Positions 35,565-45,487 are shown, counted from the stretch's first letter. The stretch: DNA of 64,000 bases from Verrucomicrobiota bacterium (GCA_023430565.1 JAEZAD010000089.1:2872-66871); one strand, 5' to 3'. Numbers and translations: made by a program. The notes: a model not told the origin generated them from the sequence alone.

Positions 35565-37169
35565 ATGAAAAACTTCACTCAGTCTCTGCTCGATCTCTGG
35601 AAACAGCTCGGTCTCAACCAACGCGTTTCCCTGGTCGTCGCCGCGCTCGCCGTCGCCGGCGGTTTGATCGCGGTCGCCGTGTGGTCGCAGCGCCCCGATT
35701 ACCAGTTGCTCTATGCGCGCCTCAGCGAGAAGGACGCCGCCTCCATCATTGGCCAGCTCCAGACGCAAAACATCCCGCACGTCGTCACCGCCGGCGGCAC
35801 CGCCGTGCAGGTGCCCTCCGACCAGGTTTACAAGCTCCGCATGGATCTCGCCGCCAAGGGCCTCCCGAGCGGCGATGGCGTGGGCTTCGAGATTTTCGAC
35901 AAGGGCCAGTTCGGCCTCTCCGACTTTGTGCAGCGCACGAATTATCTCCGCGCCATCCAGGGCGAGCTCGCGCGCACGATCATGCAGCTCCAGGGCGTGC
36001 GCGCCGCACGCGTCATGATCGTTCAACCGGAGAATCGTCTGCTCCTCACCGATCAGGGCGTGAAGTCCACCGCGTCCGTTTTCGTCGATGTCGGCGGCGG
36101 CCGGCTCGACATGGATCAGGTCAACTCGATCCGCCATCTCGTCGCCAACGCCGTGCAGGGCCTCGCCCCCGACCAGGTCGCCGTCGTCGACAATCGCGGC
36201 CGCGTGCTCTCGGAGGATTTGAAACAGGACCCGACCCTCGGCACCGCCTCGTCCCAGATGCGCTACCGCCAGCAGGTCGAGGATTATTTCGCGAAGAAGG
36301 TGGAGACGATGCTCGCCGCCGTGATCGGTCCGGGCAACGCCGTCGTTCGCGTGTCGGCCGAGATCGAGACCGAGGCGACGACGCTCTCCGAGGAACGTTT
36401 CGATCCCGAGGGCCAGGTCGTCCGTTCGCAGACTGTCGTCGAGGACACGTCATCGTCGGCCGAGTCCCGCTCGGCGGGCGGCGTCGTCGGCGTCAGCGCC
36501 AACGTCCCCGAACGCGCCCCCGGAGCCGACACATCACGGCCCGTTTCGAACACCGAGCAGAATCGCAAGAACCGCACGACGACCTACGAGATCAACCGCA
36601 CCACGCTCAACACCACGCGCAATCCCGGCGCGGTCAAAAACCTCACCGCCGCCGTCTTCATCGCGCCGCCGCCCGCACCCGCTCCCGTGATCGGCGCCGA
36701 CGGCACGCCCGCCGCCCCCGCCGAAGCGCCGCGCCGGACCCAGCAGGAACTCGACGCGCTTCGCCAGCTCGTCGTCAACGCCCTCGGTCTCAAGATCCCC
36801 GCCGGCCAGCCGCTCGATGCTTTCGTCTCGCTGCAGGAAATGCCCTTCCAGTCCGTCGACCGCATTCCCGAGCAGATCGCCGCGATCGAAAACGAAAGCC
36901 GTTGGCAGGGCTGGGTGGAAGCCGGCAGCCGCTGGGCGGGCATCGCCGGCGCCGCGATCGTGCTGCTGATTTTCCTTCGCATGCTCGCGCGCCAGAAGCC
37001 GGAGCCGGTTCCGATCGAAGTCCTTTCAATGACGCCCGACGCCGCCGCGCGCGCTCTGCCCTCGAGCACCGTCACGCCGGATCTGTTGAACGAGTTGATC
37101 CGCCAAAAACCCGCCAACATCGGTGTCGCCCTTCGCGACTGGGTCTCCGCCGGCGCGAGCAAGAACTAG
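35565..37169 (+). CDS. fliF: flagellar M-ring protein FliF
   Basis: 534 aa. YQLLYARLSEKDAASIIGQLQ, NYLRAIQGELARTI, and two TM segments. Confidence 0.9.
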   Translation: MKNFTQSLLDLWKQLGLNQRVSLVVAALAVAGGLIAVAVWSQRPDYQLLYARLSEKDAASIIGQLQTQNIPHVVTAGGTAVQVPSDQVYKLRMDLAAKGLPSGDGVGFEIFDKGQFGLSDFVQRTNYLRAIQGELARTIMQLQGVRAARVMIVQPENRLLLTDQGVKSTASVFVDVGGGRLDMDQVNSIRHLVANAVQGLAPDQVAVVDNRGRVLSEDLKQDPTLGTASSQMRYRQQVEDYFAKKVETMLAAVIGPGNAVVRVSAEIETEATTLSEERFDPEGQVVRSQTVVEDTSSSAESRSAGGVVGVSANVPERAPGADTSRPVSNTEQNRKNRTTTYEINRTTLNTTRNPGAVKNLTAAVFIAPPPAPAPVIGADGTPAAPAEAPRRTQQELDALRQLVVNALGLKIPAGQPLDAFVSLQEMPFQSVDRIPEQIAAIENESRWQGWVEAGSRWAGIAGAAIVLLIFLRMLARQKPEPVPIEVLSMTPDAAARALPSSTVTPDLLNELIRQKPANIGVALRDWVSAGASKN

Positions 37170-37205
37170 CAGGACCTCTACGCGACCAGCCCGCCACCGC
37201 CCGCC

Positions 37206-38225
37206 ATGGCCGAAATCGATTTTCCCAAGCTCACCCGTTCGCAAAAACTCGCGATCTTTCTCGTCGTGATCGGGCCCGAAGCTGCGGCGAGTGTGCTCAA
37301 GCAATTCGACGAAGCCGAGGTCGAGCTGCTCTGCCGCGAGATGTCCAACATCAGCATCGTCCCCGAGGCCGTCCAAAAGCAGGCCATCGAGGAATTTGCC
37401 GGCGTCGTCGCGCAGAGTGCCAACGCCGCCCTCGGCGGCATCGCCTACGCGCAGCGCACGCTCGAAATCGCCAAAGGCGACTACAAGGCATCCGCCATCA
37501 TCGGCCGCGTCGGTCCCGTCGGCACATCGGTCGAAGTCATCAAGGAAATCTCCGAGATGGAGGGCCGGCAGATCTTCAACCTCATCAAGCACGAGCAGCC
37601 GCAGACGATCTCGTTCGTGTTGTCCTATCTCGACGGCCAAAAATCCGCCGAGGTCTTCGGTCTCCTCGGACCCGATCTCCGCGAGGAAGTGATCGAACGA
37701 CTCGGCACGATCGAATCCACCTCGCTCGATCTGGTCGGCAAAATCGCCCGCAGCCTCGGCAAACATTTCGACAGCAAGGTCCGCCCGGCCTTCCACCGCA
37801 GCGGCGGGGTCCGCGCCGTCGCCGACCTCCTCAACCAGCTCGAGAAGGACATGAGCAAGAACCTGCTCGCCCGCCTCGAGGAGCGGAACGCCCAGCTCGG
37901 CGCCGCCATCCGCAAGAAGCTTTTCAGCTTCGAAGACCTCGGCCGCCTGCAACCGGCCGACCTGCAACGCGTGCTGCGCGAAGTCGATTCGTCGAGCCTC
38001 GCCGTTTCGATGAAATCCGCGAGCGAGACGCTGCGCGAAAAATTCTACTCCGCCATCTCGAAGCGCGCCGCCGAAAGCCTCCGCGAGGAAATCGAAATGC
38101 TCGGCCCCGTGCGCCTCAAGGACGTCGAAACCGCGCAGGATTCCATCATTCAGGTCGTCCGCCGCCTCGAGGAAGAGGGCCAGATCTCCCTCGAAAACGA
38201 CGCCAACGAAAGCCTCGTCGCCTAG
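37206..38225 (+). CDS. fliG: flagellar motor switch protein FliG
   Basis: 339 aa. KLAIFLVVIGPEAAASVLK, and MSKRAAESLREEIEMLGPVRLKDVE in the torque helix region. Confidence 0.9.
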   Translation: MAEIDFPKLTRSQKLAIFLVVIGPEAAASVLKQFDEAEVELLCREMSNISIVPEAVQKQAIEEFAGVVAQSANAALGGIAYAQRTLEIAKGDYKASAIIGRVGPVGTSVEVIKEISEMEGRQIFNLIKHEQPQTISFVLSYLDGQKSAEVFGLLGPDLREEVIERLGTIESTSLDLVGKIARSLGKHFDSKVRPAFHRSGGVRAVADLLNQLEKDMSKNLLARLEERNAQLGAAIRKKLFSFEDLGRLQPADLQRVLREVDSSSLAVSMKSASETLREKFYSAISKRAAESLREEIEMLGPVRLKDVETAQDSIIQVVRRLEEEGQISLENDANESLVA

Positions 38226-38249
38226 CGCCGATTCGCCGATTCCCGCCTC

Positions 38250-38831
38250 ATGGCCTTCGCCAAACTCATCGCCTTCGACCGTCCGCTCACCGGCATCTCT
38301 GCGCCCGGTCAGTCGGGCCGCACCTATACGGAGACGGAACTCGCGAAAGCCACCCAGGCGGCTTACAGCCGCGGCATCGACGACGCTCGTGCTTCCGCCG
38401 ACCAGCAGATGGTGGAGTTCCGCGCCGACGTCGAACAGCTCCGCGACGGCGTGCTGAAAAACCTGTCCGGCCTCGAAACCGCCTTGCTCGGGCAGCTGCG
38501 CGATGCGCTCCCGGATCTCGCGATCGAAATCGCCCGCCGCCTCCTCGCCGGCTACGAACCGCCCGCCGAAATCGTGTCGCGCCTCTGCGAGGAAGCCCTG
38601 GCCGAGCTGTTTCCCGAACGCGAAAACCTCGAACTGGTGGTCGGCCCCCGCGACGCCGCGTTCCTCGAACAGCTCAATCCCGAATGGAAAGCCCGCTATC
38701 CCGGCCTGCGTATCCGGATTGAAAGCACGCTCACGCCCGGCGACTGCCAGGTCCGCAGCCGCTTCGGCCTCACCGACGCCCGCCAGCAAACGAAACTCAC
38801 CGCGCTTTCCCACAGCCTCACCCCGGCATGA
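38250..38831 (+). CDS. fliH: flagellar export apparatus protein FliH
   Basis: Position between fliG and fliI. C-terminal LTPGDCQVRSRFGLTDARQQTKL resembles the FliH end. Confidence 0.75.
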   Translation: MAFAKLIAFDRPLTGISAPGQSGRTYTETELAKATQAAYSRGIDDARASADQQMVEFRADVEQLRDGVLKNLSGLETALLGQLRDALPDLAIEIARRLLAGYEPPAEIVSRLCEEALAELFPERENLELVVGPRDAAFLEQLNPEWKARYPGLRIRIESTLTPGDCQVRSRFGLTDARQQTKLTALSHSLTPA

Positions 38832-38855
38832 TCTCCCTTTTTCCCACCCCGAAAC

Positions 38856-38878
38856 ATTGTCACTTAATAAGTGACAAT
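38856..38878. repeat. AT-rich perfect palindrome ATTGTCACTTA-A-TAAGTGACAAT (family copy 1)
   Basis: 11-bp perfect arms, in the fliH-fliI spacer. Confidence 0.85.
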
Positions 38879-38961
38879 CGCTTCGCGCTCGTCGTGGCCC
38901 CGGCGACCTCGCGCGCCCAGCAGAATTGGGCTCTCGCCCTCTCCGGTCGCGAGCTGGGCCG

Positions 38962-38983
38962 TTGTCACTTAATAGGTGACAAT
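38962..38983. repeat. AT-rich palindrome TTGTCACTTAATAGGTGACAAT (family copy 2)
   Basis: One mismatch from copy 1. Core 38963-38981 is the reverse complement of 4706-4724. Confidence 0.85.
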
Positions 38984-39091
38984 AATCTCGGGCGCTTTGC
39001 GCGGGGCGAGATGGCGAATGGTTGGAAATTGGGTGGAGGCGAGGGGGACGACGTGCCGCCGCGGGATGCGGCCTGAACGAATTTTGAACCG

Positions 39092-40411
39092 ATGTCCGCT
39101 GTTGCTCCACTCGTCGAAACGCTCCGCACGCAGATCCGCCATCTGCCACCGGTGCAGCGTGTCGGCACCGTGACCGGTGTCGCGGGACTTGTGATCGAAT
39201 CGGACGGACCGAATGTCGGGCTCGGCGAGTTGTGTGTCGTGCGCTCGACGCGTTTCGATTTCAGCGTGCGCGCGGAAGTGGTCGGTTTTCGCGAGCACCG
39301 TGTGCTCCTCATGCCGCTCGGCGACACCGCGGGCCTGCACGTTGGCTGCGAGGTGGCGGCAAGCGATCGACCCGCGCTGCCCCGGCCCGGTCCCGAAATG
39401 CTCGGCCGCGTGGTCGACGCGCTCGGCCGGCCGTTCGACGGCCTCGGGCTGATGCCGGTGGACCGCACGGTCGGTCAGAACCCCACGCCGCCGCATCCGT
39501 TGCGGCGCCAGCGAATCAAGAACGTCTTTCAGACGGGCGTGCGCGCCCTCGATGTATTCACGCCCTTTGGACGCGGGCAACGCCTCGGTCTCTTCGCCGG
39601 CTCCGGCGTCGGCAAATCGACCCTCATGGGCATGATCGCGCGCGGCTCCGAAGCCGACGTCGTGGTGGTCGCACTCGTGGGCGAGCGCGGTCGTGAAGTG
39701 CGCGAGTTCCTGGAGAAGGATCTCGGGCCCGAGGGCATGAAACGCGCCATCGTCGTGGTGGCCACGTCCGACACGCCGGCACCCTTGCGGCTGCGTGCGG
39801 CGTTCACCGCGACGGCGATCGCGGAAGCGTGGCGCGACGCCGGCAAGAATGTCCTGTTGATGATGGACTCCGTGACGCGTTTCGCGATGGCGCAGCGCGA
39901 GATCGGTCTGGCCATCGGCGAGCCTCCCGCCACGCGCGGCTACACGCCCTCGGTCTTCGCGATGTTGCCGCGTTTGCTCGAACGCGCCGGCGCCGGCGAG
40001 CAGGGCGCGATCACCGCGCTCTACACGGTGCTGGTCGAGGGCGACGACATGAACGAGCCGGTGGCGGATGCGGTTCGCGGTATTCTCGACGGACACATCG
40101 TGCTTTCGCGGCACCTCGCGCATTTCAACCACTACCCGGCGATCGACGTGCTGGAGAGTGTCAGCCGGCTCACGCGCGATGTGTGCACCGCCGACGAGGT
40201 GACGCTCGCGGGCAAGGCGCGCGAGCAGCTCGCCTTGTATCGGAAAAACGAGGACCTCGTTTCCATCGGCGCCTACCAGAAAGGCGCGAACGGAGCGCTG
40301 GATCGCGCGATCGCCCTGCACGAGCCGCTGCGCAATTTCCTGCGCCAGCCGGTGCACGAACACACGCCGAGGACCCAGAGCTTCCTCAACCTGAAACAGA
40401 TCCTCGCATGA
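39092..40411 (+). CDS. fliI: flagellum-specific ATPase FliI
   Basis: Walker A GSGVGKST, Walker B LLMMDSVTRFA, and the F1-ATPase beta-like fold pattern. Confidence 0.92.
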   Translation: MSAVAPLVETLRTQIRHLPPVQRVGTVTGVAGLVIESDGPNVGLGELCVVRSTRFDFSVRAEVVGFREHRVLLMPLGDTAGLHVGCEVAASDRPALPRPGPEMLGRVVDALGRPFDGLGLMPVDRTVGQNPTPPHPLRRQRIKNVFQTGVRALDVFTPFGRGQRLGLFAGSGVGKSTLMGMIARGSEADVVVVALVGERGREVREFLEKDLGPEGMKRAIVVVATSDTPAPLRLRAAFTATAIAEAWRDAGKNVLLMMDSVTRFAMAQREIGLAIGEPPATRGYTPSVFAMLPRLLERAGAGEQGAITALYTVLVEGDDMNEPVADAVRGILDGHIVLSRHLAHFNHYPAIDVLESVSRLTRDVCTADEVTLAGKAREQLALYRKNEDLVSIGAYQKGANGALDRAIALHEPLRNFLRQPVHEHTPRTQSFLNLKQILA

Positions 40412-40863
40412 AGCGCTTCCGATTCCCCCTTCGGCCGGTGGCCATTCTTCGCGCTCATCAAGAGAACCGCGCGCGCGAAGCCTTCGCCGCGGCCGTTCGC
40501 TCGTTCGTTAAGTCCGAAGAGGAGCTCGCACGCACCCGCGTGCGCATGCGTGCCCTCGAAGCCGAGTTGTTCTCGGGGCGCGAACAGACGTATCGCGCGG
40601 ACCAGGCGGCCCTCCTGTTTGCCGATTACCGGCGGGAGTGCGGCACGGAGGCGGAAGTCGAGCGCCAGACGATCGCCGCGCGGGAGGAGATGCAGCAGCG
40701 CCGCAACGACTATCTCGAGGCGCACCGGAAGGTCGAAGTCGTCCAGCGTCTCGAGGAAAAAGCCCGCGTCGTGCATCGCCGCGAAACCGATCGCGAGGAG
40801 CAAGCCGAGTTCGACGACTTCGCGGGCCGTCGCCGCATCAAGCCCTTCACCGCCGCCCTATGA
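40408..40863 (+). CDS. fliJ: flagellar export chaperone FliJ
   Basis: 151-aa coiled-coil protein, ATGA-coupled to fliI, starting FRFPL..V, typical of FliJ. Confidence 0.7.
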   Translation: MKRFRFPLRPVAILRAHQENRAREAFAAAVRSFVKSEEELARTRVRMRALEAELFSGREQTYRADQAALLFADYRRECGTEAEVERQTIAAREEMQQRRNDYLEAHRKVEVVQRLEEKARVVHRRETDREEQAEFDDFAGRRRIKPFTAAL

Positions 40864-41477
40864 CCGCCGTCCTGCGCAATCCGTTCGTCGTCTCCACCGC
40901 CGCCCTCGTGCTGTCGGTCGCGGTCGGCGTATTCACTTTTTGGAGCGCCGCGAAGACGATCGTCGCGGGCGTCGTCGCGCTGCGGGCCGAGCAGGCCGCG
41001 GCGGTGCCGAAGAAGGAGAAGGGCTGGGACTTTTGGACGATCGAGATCGAAAACCTTTCGAACGAGCTGAAGGAGGAGCGCGCGCGGCTGCGCAAGCAGG
41101 CCGAATTGTTCGAGCAGCGCGAGGCGCGGATCGTCGCTGAGCAGCAGGAACTTGCGGCGATGCGCCGCGAGATCGAAGGCTTGCGCCAGGAAATCGCCGA
41201 AAAGGTCGTCACGATCCGCGCCGACGAGGCGAAGAACATCCGCTCGCTCGCGCAGAGCTATGCCAATCTCACCCCGCGGGCGGCCGTCGCGATCCTGCGC
41301 GAGTTGGACGACGTCACCGCCGTCAAAATCCTTTTTCTGATGAAGCCCGATGTCGTGGGCCCGATCTTCGAGGAGATGAGCCGCACCAACGGCAGCGACG
41401 GCACGCCGCTCGCCCGCCGCGCCGCGGTGCTCTCCGAAAAGCTTCGGCTCATGAAATCCGCCAAGGAAACGACCTGA
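40860..41477 (+). CDS. MotE/YlxF-type flagellar protein (MgtE_N-like domain, N-terminal TM)
   Basis: LTPRAAVAILRELDDVTAVKILFLMKPDVVGPIFEEM resembles MgtE_N. Same position as ylxF in the B. subtilis fla operon. Confidence 0.7.
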   Translation: MTAVLRNPFVVSTAALVLSVAVGVFTFWSAAKTIVAGVVALRAEQAAAVPKKEKGWDFWTIEIENLSNELKEERARLRKQAELFEQREARIVAEQQELAAMRREIEGLRQEIAEKVVTIRADEAKNIRSLAQSYANLTPRAAVAILRELDDVTAVKILFLMKPDVVGPIFEEMSRTNGSDGTPLARRAAVLSEKLRLMKSAKETT

Positions 41478-41540
41478 CACTTTCAACCGCTGCGCCATGG
41501 ACGGCGCAGTTTCGCCCCACCACGGAGGGTTTGTTTGTGC

Positions 41541-43406
41541 ATGCAACTCTCCGCTTCTCTCCTTCCGTTCGATTTACCACCCGTCCCCGGCGCGGCGCCC
41601 TTGCCCGTGGGCGCGGCGCTCACCCCCGCGGCCGACGTCGCTGATTTCGGTGCGCTGCTGACGGCGCAATCCGCGCCCGCATCGCCCGTCGTCACTCCGC
41701 CAGTTGCACCGTTTTCGTCGACCGCGCCGGCTGACGGCGTCAGCGAACCGGCCGTCGAGCCGATGCCGCCGGAGTGGCTGATGGAGGAGGGGAGTGCCGA
41801 CTCGAGCGATGCCGTTCCCAACCCCGCTTTCGCCGAAGGGATGATCGCGACCGCCCCGTCGCCGACGACGATCGGGAAGTCCGACGTTGCCGGGTTTGTG
41901 GCAGCGAATGAGCCCCTCGAGGACGCGCCCGCATCGACGACGACGTCCGACGGGGAGAATGACACCGCTCCTTCCGAAATCGGGGCGTCCGCTCTGGTGC
42001 CGCCGGCCGCGAACGCGACGAAGCCTCGCGAGGTTGGCCGGTCGCCCGCCGTCCCAGGCACGTTTTCGAATTCAACCGCTCTCAACAGTGAAGGGTCGGC
42101 CGCTTCGCCGCTTCATTCGCCCACGGCTGATGCGGCCTTTGCCGGACCATCTGCTCGCGGCTCCCGTGCGAATTCGAAGGACACCACGGCATTGTCGAAT
42201 CCGACTGCTGCCGATGCCCCGCTCACCCCCGCGGAGGTTCCGGTTCAGCGTATGCCGCAGCGAGACGTCGCTGAACTCAACGGGCGTGCGGTCGCATCGG
42301 CGGACACCTCGTTCGATAGCACGGCGACCGAATCGCGCCCCACCACCGCTGTGACGTCGGGCGCGGAAATATCGAACCCGGCCACGGTGCCAATCACCCC
42401 TTTGCTCCGGAGCCCCTTGGCCGCCGCCGCAACGGAACGGCAGAACATCGCGACGCCGCCCGGACCTTCTCCGATTTCCTCGCCCAGCCCGAAAACCAAC
42501 CCCACCCCCCAGGCGCCCGTGGACGAAACAGCCGGCGCTCTGCGTAGTGAAAATGTGGACACGGCGGCGATCTCGCGCGCGCAGTCCGATGCCTCTGTTT
42601 TTTCCGCGACCCCGCCGCAGTCGGGGCCGGAAAAATTTGCCGTTTCCGCACGGCGCGGAGCCTCCTCGCCGTTGGCTGCCTATAAAACAACTGAAAAAAA
42701 CACGGAAAACGCGTTTGGTGAGGAGGTTGAAACGGAGCAGACGTTCGTTGGCACCAACGCTGCTAAACCCGAGTTCCACATGCCTCATCCTGCGCCACAC
42801 GCCCCTTCCGCGCCGCACGCCGTCGAGCGTTTGTCGCAAGCTGTGGCGCCGTTGTCGTTCGAGTTCAACCCGGGCGAGGCGGGCGGAGAAACCGCCGAAC
42901 TCGCGCAGGCGGCACGTCGCGCGGTGAACGCTGCGGTGTCCGCCAGCGAACAGTTCGCGGCCGAGGCCAAGCCGGCGGTCACATTGAAATTCACCGTTTC
43001 CGGCGTCGATCTTGGCGTTCGCGTGGAGCTTCGCGGGGAAAACATCCACACGACATTCCGCACCGATTCCCCCGAGTTGCGCGCCGCGCTCGCACAGGAG
43101 TGGCAGGCGGTCACGGCGGTTCACGCGGGCGATCGTTCCGCGCGGCTGGCAGAGCCGGTTTTCACGTCGAACCCGTCGCAGGCGAGCACGTCGACCGCCT
43201 CGAACAATTCTTCGAACTCCGATTCTGGCGCCGCCGACCAGCGTGGTTCGCAACACCGCCAGGAACAAAACGCCGCCGACGAGTGGGCGCGGTTCCGCGC
43301 TGCCTCGCGCCCGGCCGATGCCGCGAATGTCCGCGTCCCGACGCCGTCGTTCCCGATTCGTTCCCATCCCACTTCCGCGCCCGGCCGGCTCCACACCTTC
43401 GCCTGA
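41541..43406 (+). CDS. fliK: flagellar hook-length control protein FliK
   Basis: Long Pro/Ala/Ser/Thr-rich region, then the Flg_hook-type segment VTLKFTVSGVDLGVRVELRGENIHTTFRTDSPELRAALAQ. A TTG at 41535 is an alternative start. Confidence 0.75.
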   Translation: MQLSASLLPFDLPPVPGAAPLPVGAALTPAADVADFGALLTAQSAPASPVVTPPVAPFSSTAPADGVSEPAVEPMPPEWLMEEGSADSSDAVPNPAFAEGMIATAPSPTTIGKSDVAGFVAANEPLEDAPASTTTSDGENDTAPSEIGASALVPPAANATKPREVGRSPAVPGTFSNSTALNSEGSAASPLHSPTADAAFAGPSARGSRANSKDTTALSNPTAADAPLTPAEVPVQRMPQRDVAELNGRAVASADTSFDSTATESRPTTAVTSGAEISNPATVPITPLLRSPLAAAATERQNIATPPGPSPISSPSPKTNPTPQAPVDETAGALRSENVDTAAISRAQSDASVFSATPPQSGPEKFAVSARRGASSPLAAYKTTEKNTENAFGEEVETEQTFVGTNAAKPEFHMPHPAPHAPSAPHAVERLSQAVAPLSFEFNPGEAGGETAELAQAARRAVNAAVSASEQFAAEAKPAVTLKFTVSGVDLGVRVELRGENIHTTFRTDSPELRAALAQEWQAVTAVHAGDRSARLAEPVFTSNPSQASTSTASNNSSNSDSGAADQRGSQHRQEQNAADEWARFRAASRPADAANVRVPTPSFPIRSHPTSAPGRLHTFA

Positions 43407-43408
43407 TC

Positions 43409-43885
43409 ATGCAAGTCAACACCGTCACTTCACCCACGCGCGCCGCGAGCACCGCCGCCGACGAGCCGACTCCGCTCCTCAACAAGAAACAGATGCTCGG
43501 CCAGGAGGATTTTCTGAAGCTGCTCGCCGTCCAGTTTCAATCGCAGGACCCGATGAAGCCGATGGAAGACACCGCCTTCATCGCCCAGATGGCGCAGTTC
43601 AGCGCGCTCGATCAGTCCAGCACGCTCGTGCAGCAGATGACGCAGATGCGCTCGAACCAGGACATCGCCACGGCCAACAGCTACATCGGCCGCCGCGTCA
43701 CGCTCGACGCCGGCGACAACGAACTGGTGACCGGCGACGTCACCGGCGTCGATTTGAGCGACGGACAGCCACGCCTGATCGTCGGCGACTACACTTACCC
43801 CGTTTCAACCGTGCTCCTCGTGGAGCCGGGCACGGCCACTACCACCAGCAATCCCACGACACCGGCCACCGCCGGCGGCGTGTAA
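43409..43885 (+). CDS. flgD: flagellar hook capping/assembly protein FlgD
   Basis: LGQEDFLKLLAVQFQSQDPMKPMEDTAFIAQMAQFSAL is the FlgD signature. Confidence 0.9.
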   Translation: MQVNTVTSPTRAASTAADEPTPLLNKKQMLGQEDFLKLLAVQFQSQDPMKPMEDTAFIAQMAQFSALDQSSTLVQQMTQMRSNQDIATANSYIGRRVTLDAGDNELVTGDVTGVDLSDGQPRLIVGDYTYPVSTVLLVEPGTATTTSNPTTPATAGGV

Positions 43886-43906
43886 CCCAAAAACCCGTCA
43901 ACTCAC

Positions 43907-44776
43907 ATGTCACTCATCGGAACCATGGGCAGCGGCGTCAGCGCGCTGCGAACCTTCATGAAAGGCCTCGAAGTCATCGGCAATAATATCGCGAACGTGA
44001 ATACCACGGGCTTCAAGGGCTCCACCGCGAAATACTCCGACAGCTTCAGCAACATCCTCGTGCAGTCGTCTTCGAACGGCACCACCACCACGCCCGCCGT
44101 TGCGGTTGGCACCGGTGTGACGCTTTCCGGCGTGACGACCAACTACACGCAGGGCGCGCTCTCCTCGACGGGCAAAAGCACCGATCTCGGCATTTCCGGC
44201 AACGGTTTCTTCCGCGTGAAGAACCCCAACAGCGGCGAAGAATACGTCAGCCGCGCGGGCGACTTCCGCTGGGACGAACAAGGTTATCTCGTCACGAACG
44301 ACGGCTACCGCGTGCAAGGCCTCACGGGCTACGTCGCCGGTCCTCCCGTGGTCCCCGCCAACACCGTCGGCGACATCCGGCTGAGCACCAGCACCGACAT
44401 CCAGTCGGTCAGCATCGACCGCTCCGGTGCGATCATCGAGTCGTATTCGGATGGCACGACCGCCGTCACCGGCAACGTCCTGCTACAGCACTTCAAGGAT
44501 CCCGCCGCGCTCGTGAAGCAGGGCAACAATCTCTATTCCGGCATGGACGCGGCTGGCCCGACGAATGGCAGCGTGACGCTCCTCAACGACGGCACCAACG
44601 CTCCCGGTTCCAGCGGCCTCGGCTACATCCAGTCCGGCACGCTCGAACTTTCGAACGTCGATCTTACCGAGCAGTTCTCCGAACTGATCACGACGCAACG
44701 CAGTTTCCAGGCCGGTTCGCGCCTCCTCACCGTCTCGGACTCCGTGCTCGAGGACATCGTCAACCTGAAGCGCTAA
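43907..44776 (+). CDS. flgE: flagellar hook protein FlgE (short, Bacillus-like size)
   Basis: GNNIANVNTTGFK, GNGFFRV, SNVDLTEQFSELITTQRSFQA, and position after flgD. Confidence 0.8.
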   Translation: MSLIGTMGSGVSALRTFMKGLEVIGNNIANVNTTGFKGSTAKYSDSFSNILVQSSSNGTTTTPAVAVGTGVTLSGVTTNYTQGALSSTGKSTDLGISGNGFFRVKNPNSGEEYVSRAGDFRWDEQGYLVTNDGYRVQGLTGYVAGPPVVPANTVGDIRLSTSTDIQSVSIDRSGAIIESYSDGTTAVTGNVLLQHFKDPAALVKQGNNLYSGMDAAGPTNGSVTLLNDGTNAPGSSGLGYIQSGTLELSNVDLTEQFSELITTQRSFQAGSRLLTVSDSVLEDIVNLKR

Positions 44777-44854
44777 ACGAGCTGAGAATCGAGAGTCTCC
44801 GGCCGCATCGCGCCCCGTTCTCTCGAAACTCGAATCTTCCTCTCGACCTCACCC

Positions 44855-45436
44855 ATGGCCAAAGCCGCACCCGCTCCCGCGGCCGCCGCATCCGCCGGCG
44901 GCAGCACTCCTCCGATGCCCGCCGCCGCGGAAAAAAATTCCGCTGCGTCCGCGCCCGGTGGTTTCAAGGCGTGGCTGCCCGCCTTGTCGGCCGTTCTGCT
45001 CGCTCCGGCCTGCACGTGGGCGGTGGGGCAGTTCGTCCTGATTCCGCAACTACAGAAGAAACTCGCCGCCGCGCCGACCGAAGCTCACGCCGAGGCGGGC
45101 GAACCGGGCGGCCACGGCGAAAAAGGGAAGGACGGCGGCGCCACGTTCGAGTTCCAGAACGTCGTGGTGAACCTCGCCGGCACGATGGGCACCCGTTATC
45201 TCAAAACGAGCTTCCTCGTCACCGGCGCCGAGCCCGACATCAAATCGGTCTTCGACGAGAACAAGCCCCGGCTGACCGACGTCACGCTCAACGTCCTTTC
45301 GTCGCTCTCCCTCGCCGATCTCGAGGAGCCCGGCGCGAAGAACGTCCTCCGCGAGAAACTGGTCGCCGCCTACAATCAGGCCCTCGGTCGCAAGGTCGCC
45401 GAGCAGGTCTATTTTTCCGACTTCGTCGTGCAGTGA
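44855..45436 (+). CDS. fliL: flagellar basal body-associated protein FliL
   Basis: TM segment plus FEFQNVVVNLAG...YLKTSFLV...FSDFVVQ. Confidence 0.85.
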   Translation: MAKAAPAPAAAASAGGSTPPMPAAAEKNSAASAPGGFKAWLPALSAVLLAPACTWAVGQFVLIPQLQKKLAAAPTEAHAEAGEPGGHGEKGKDGGATFEFQNVVVNLAGTMGTRYLKTSFLVTGAEPDIKSVFDENKPRLTDVTLNVLSSLSLADLEEPGAKNVLREKLVAAYNQALGRKVAEQVYFSDFVVQ

Positions 45437-45487
45437 TCCCGGGCGGTTGTTCGAACTCCGATCCTGGCGACGCGATCTCCGACTCCG

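Noticed and set aside
35681-38722. 1013-aa ORF on the plus strand spanning fliF, fliG and fliH
   Set aside because: An alternative frame of three clearly identified flagellar genes. Extremely Arg/Pro/Gly/Ala-rich (RRRHRRAGALRPG...). An artefact of high GC content and the lack of stops.
38828-39076. 82-aa ORF in the fliH-fliI gap as a confident CDS
   Set aside because: It is not called as a feature. It has no known family, and its conserved-looking CHLI(S/G)DN motifs are a by-product of the palindromes, since the same peptide appears on the opposite strand. It is kept as an alternative hypothesis in the findings.
37026-39149. 707-aa ORF on the minus strand
   Set aside because: Antisense to fliG and fliH and the fliH-fliI spacer. 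Gly/Glu/Asp/Ala/Phe-rich shadow frame.
39829-40407. N-terminal 193 codons of the listed 344-aa ORF that contains fliJ
   Set aside because: This part is an alternative frame inside fliI (Arg/Gly/Ala-rich). fliJ starts at the ATG at 40408, which overlaps the fliI stop.
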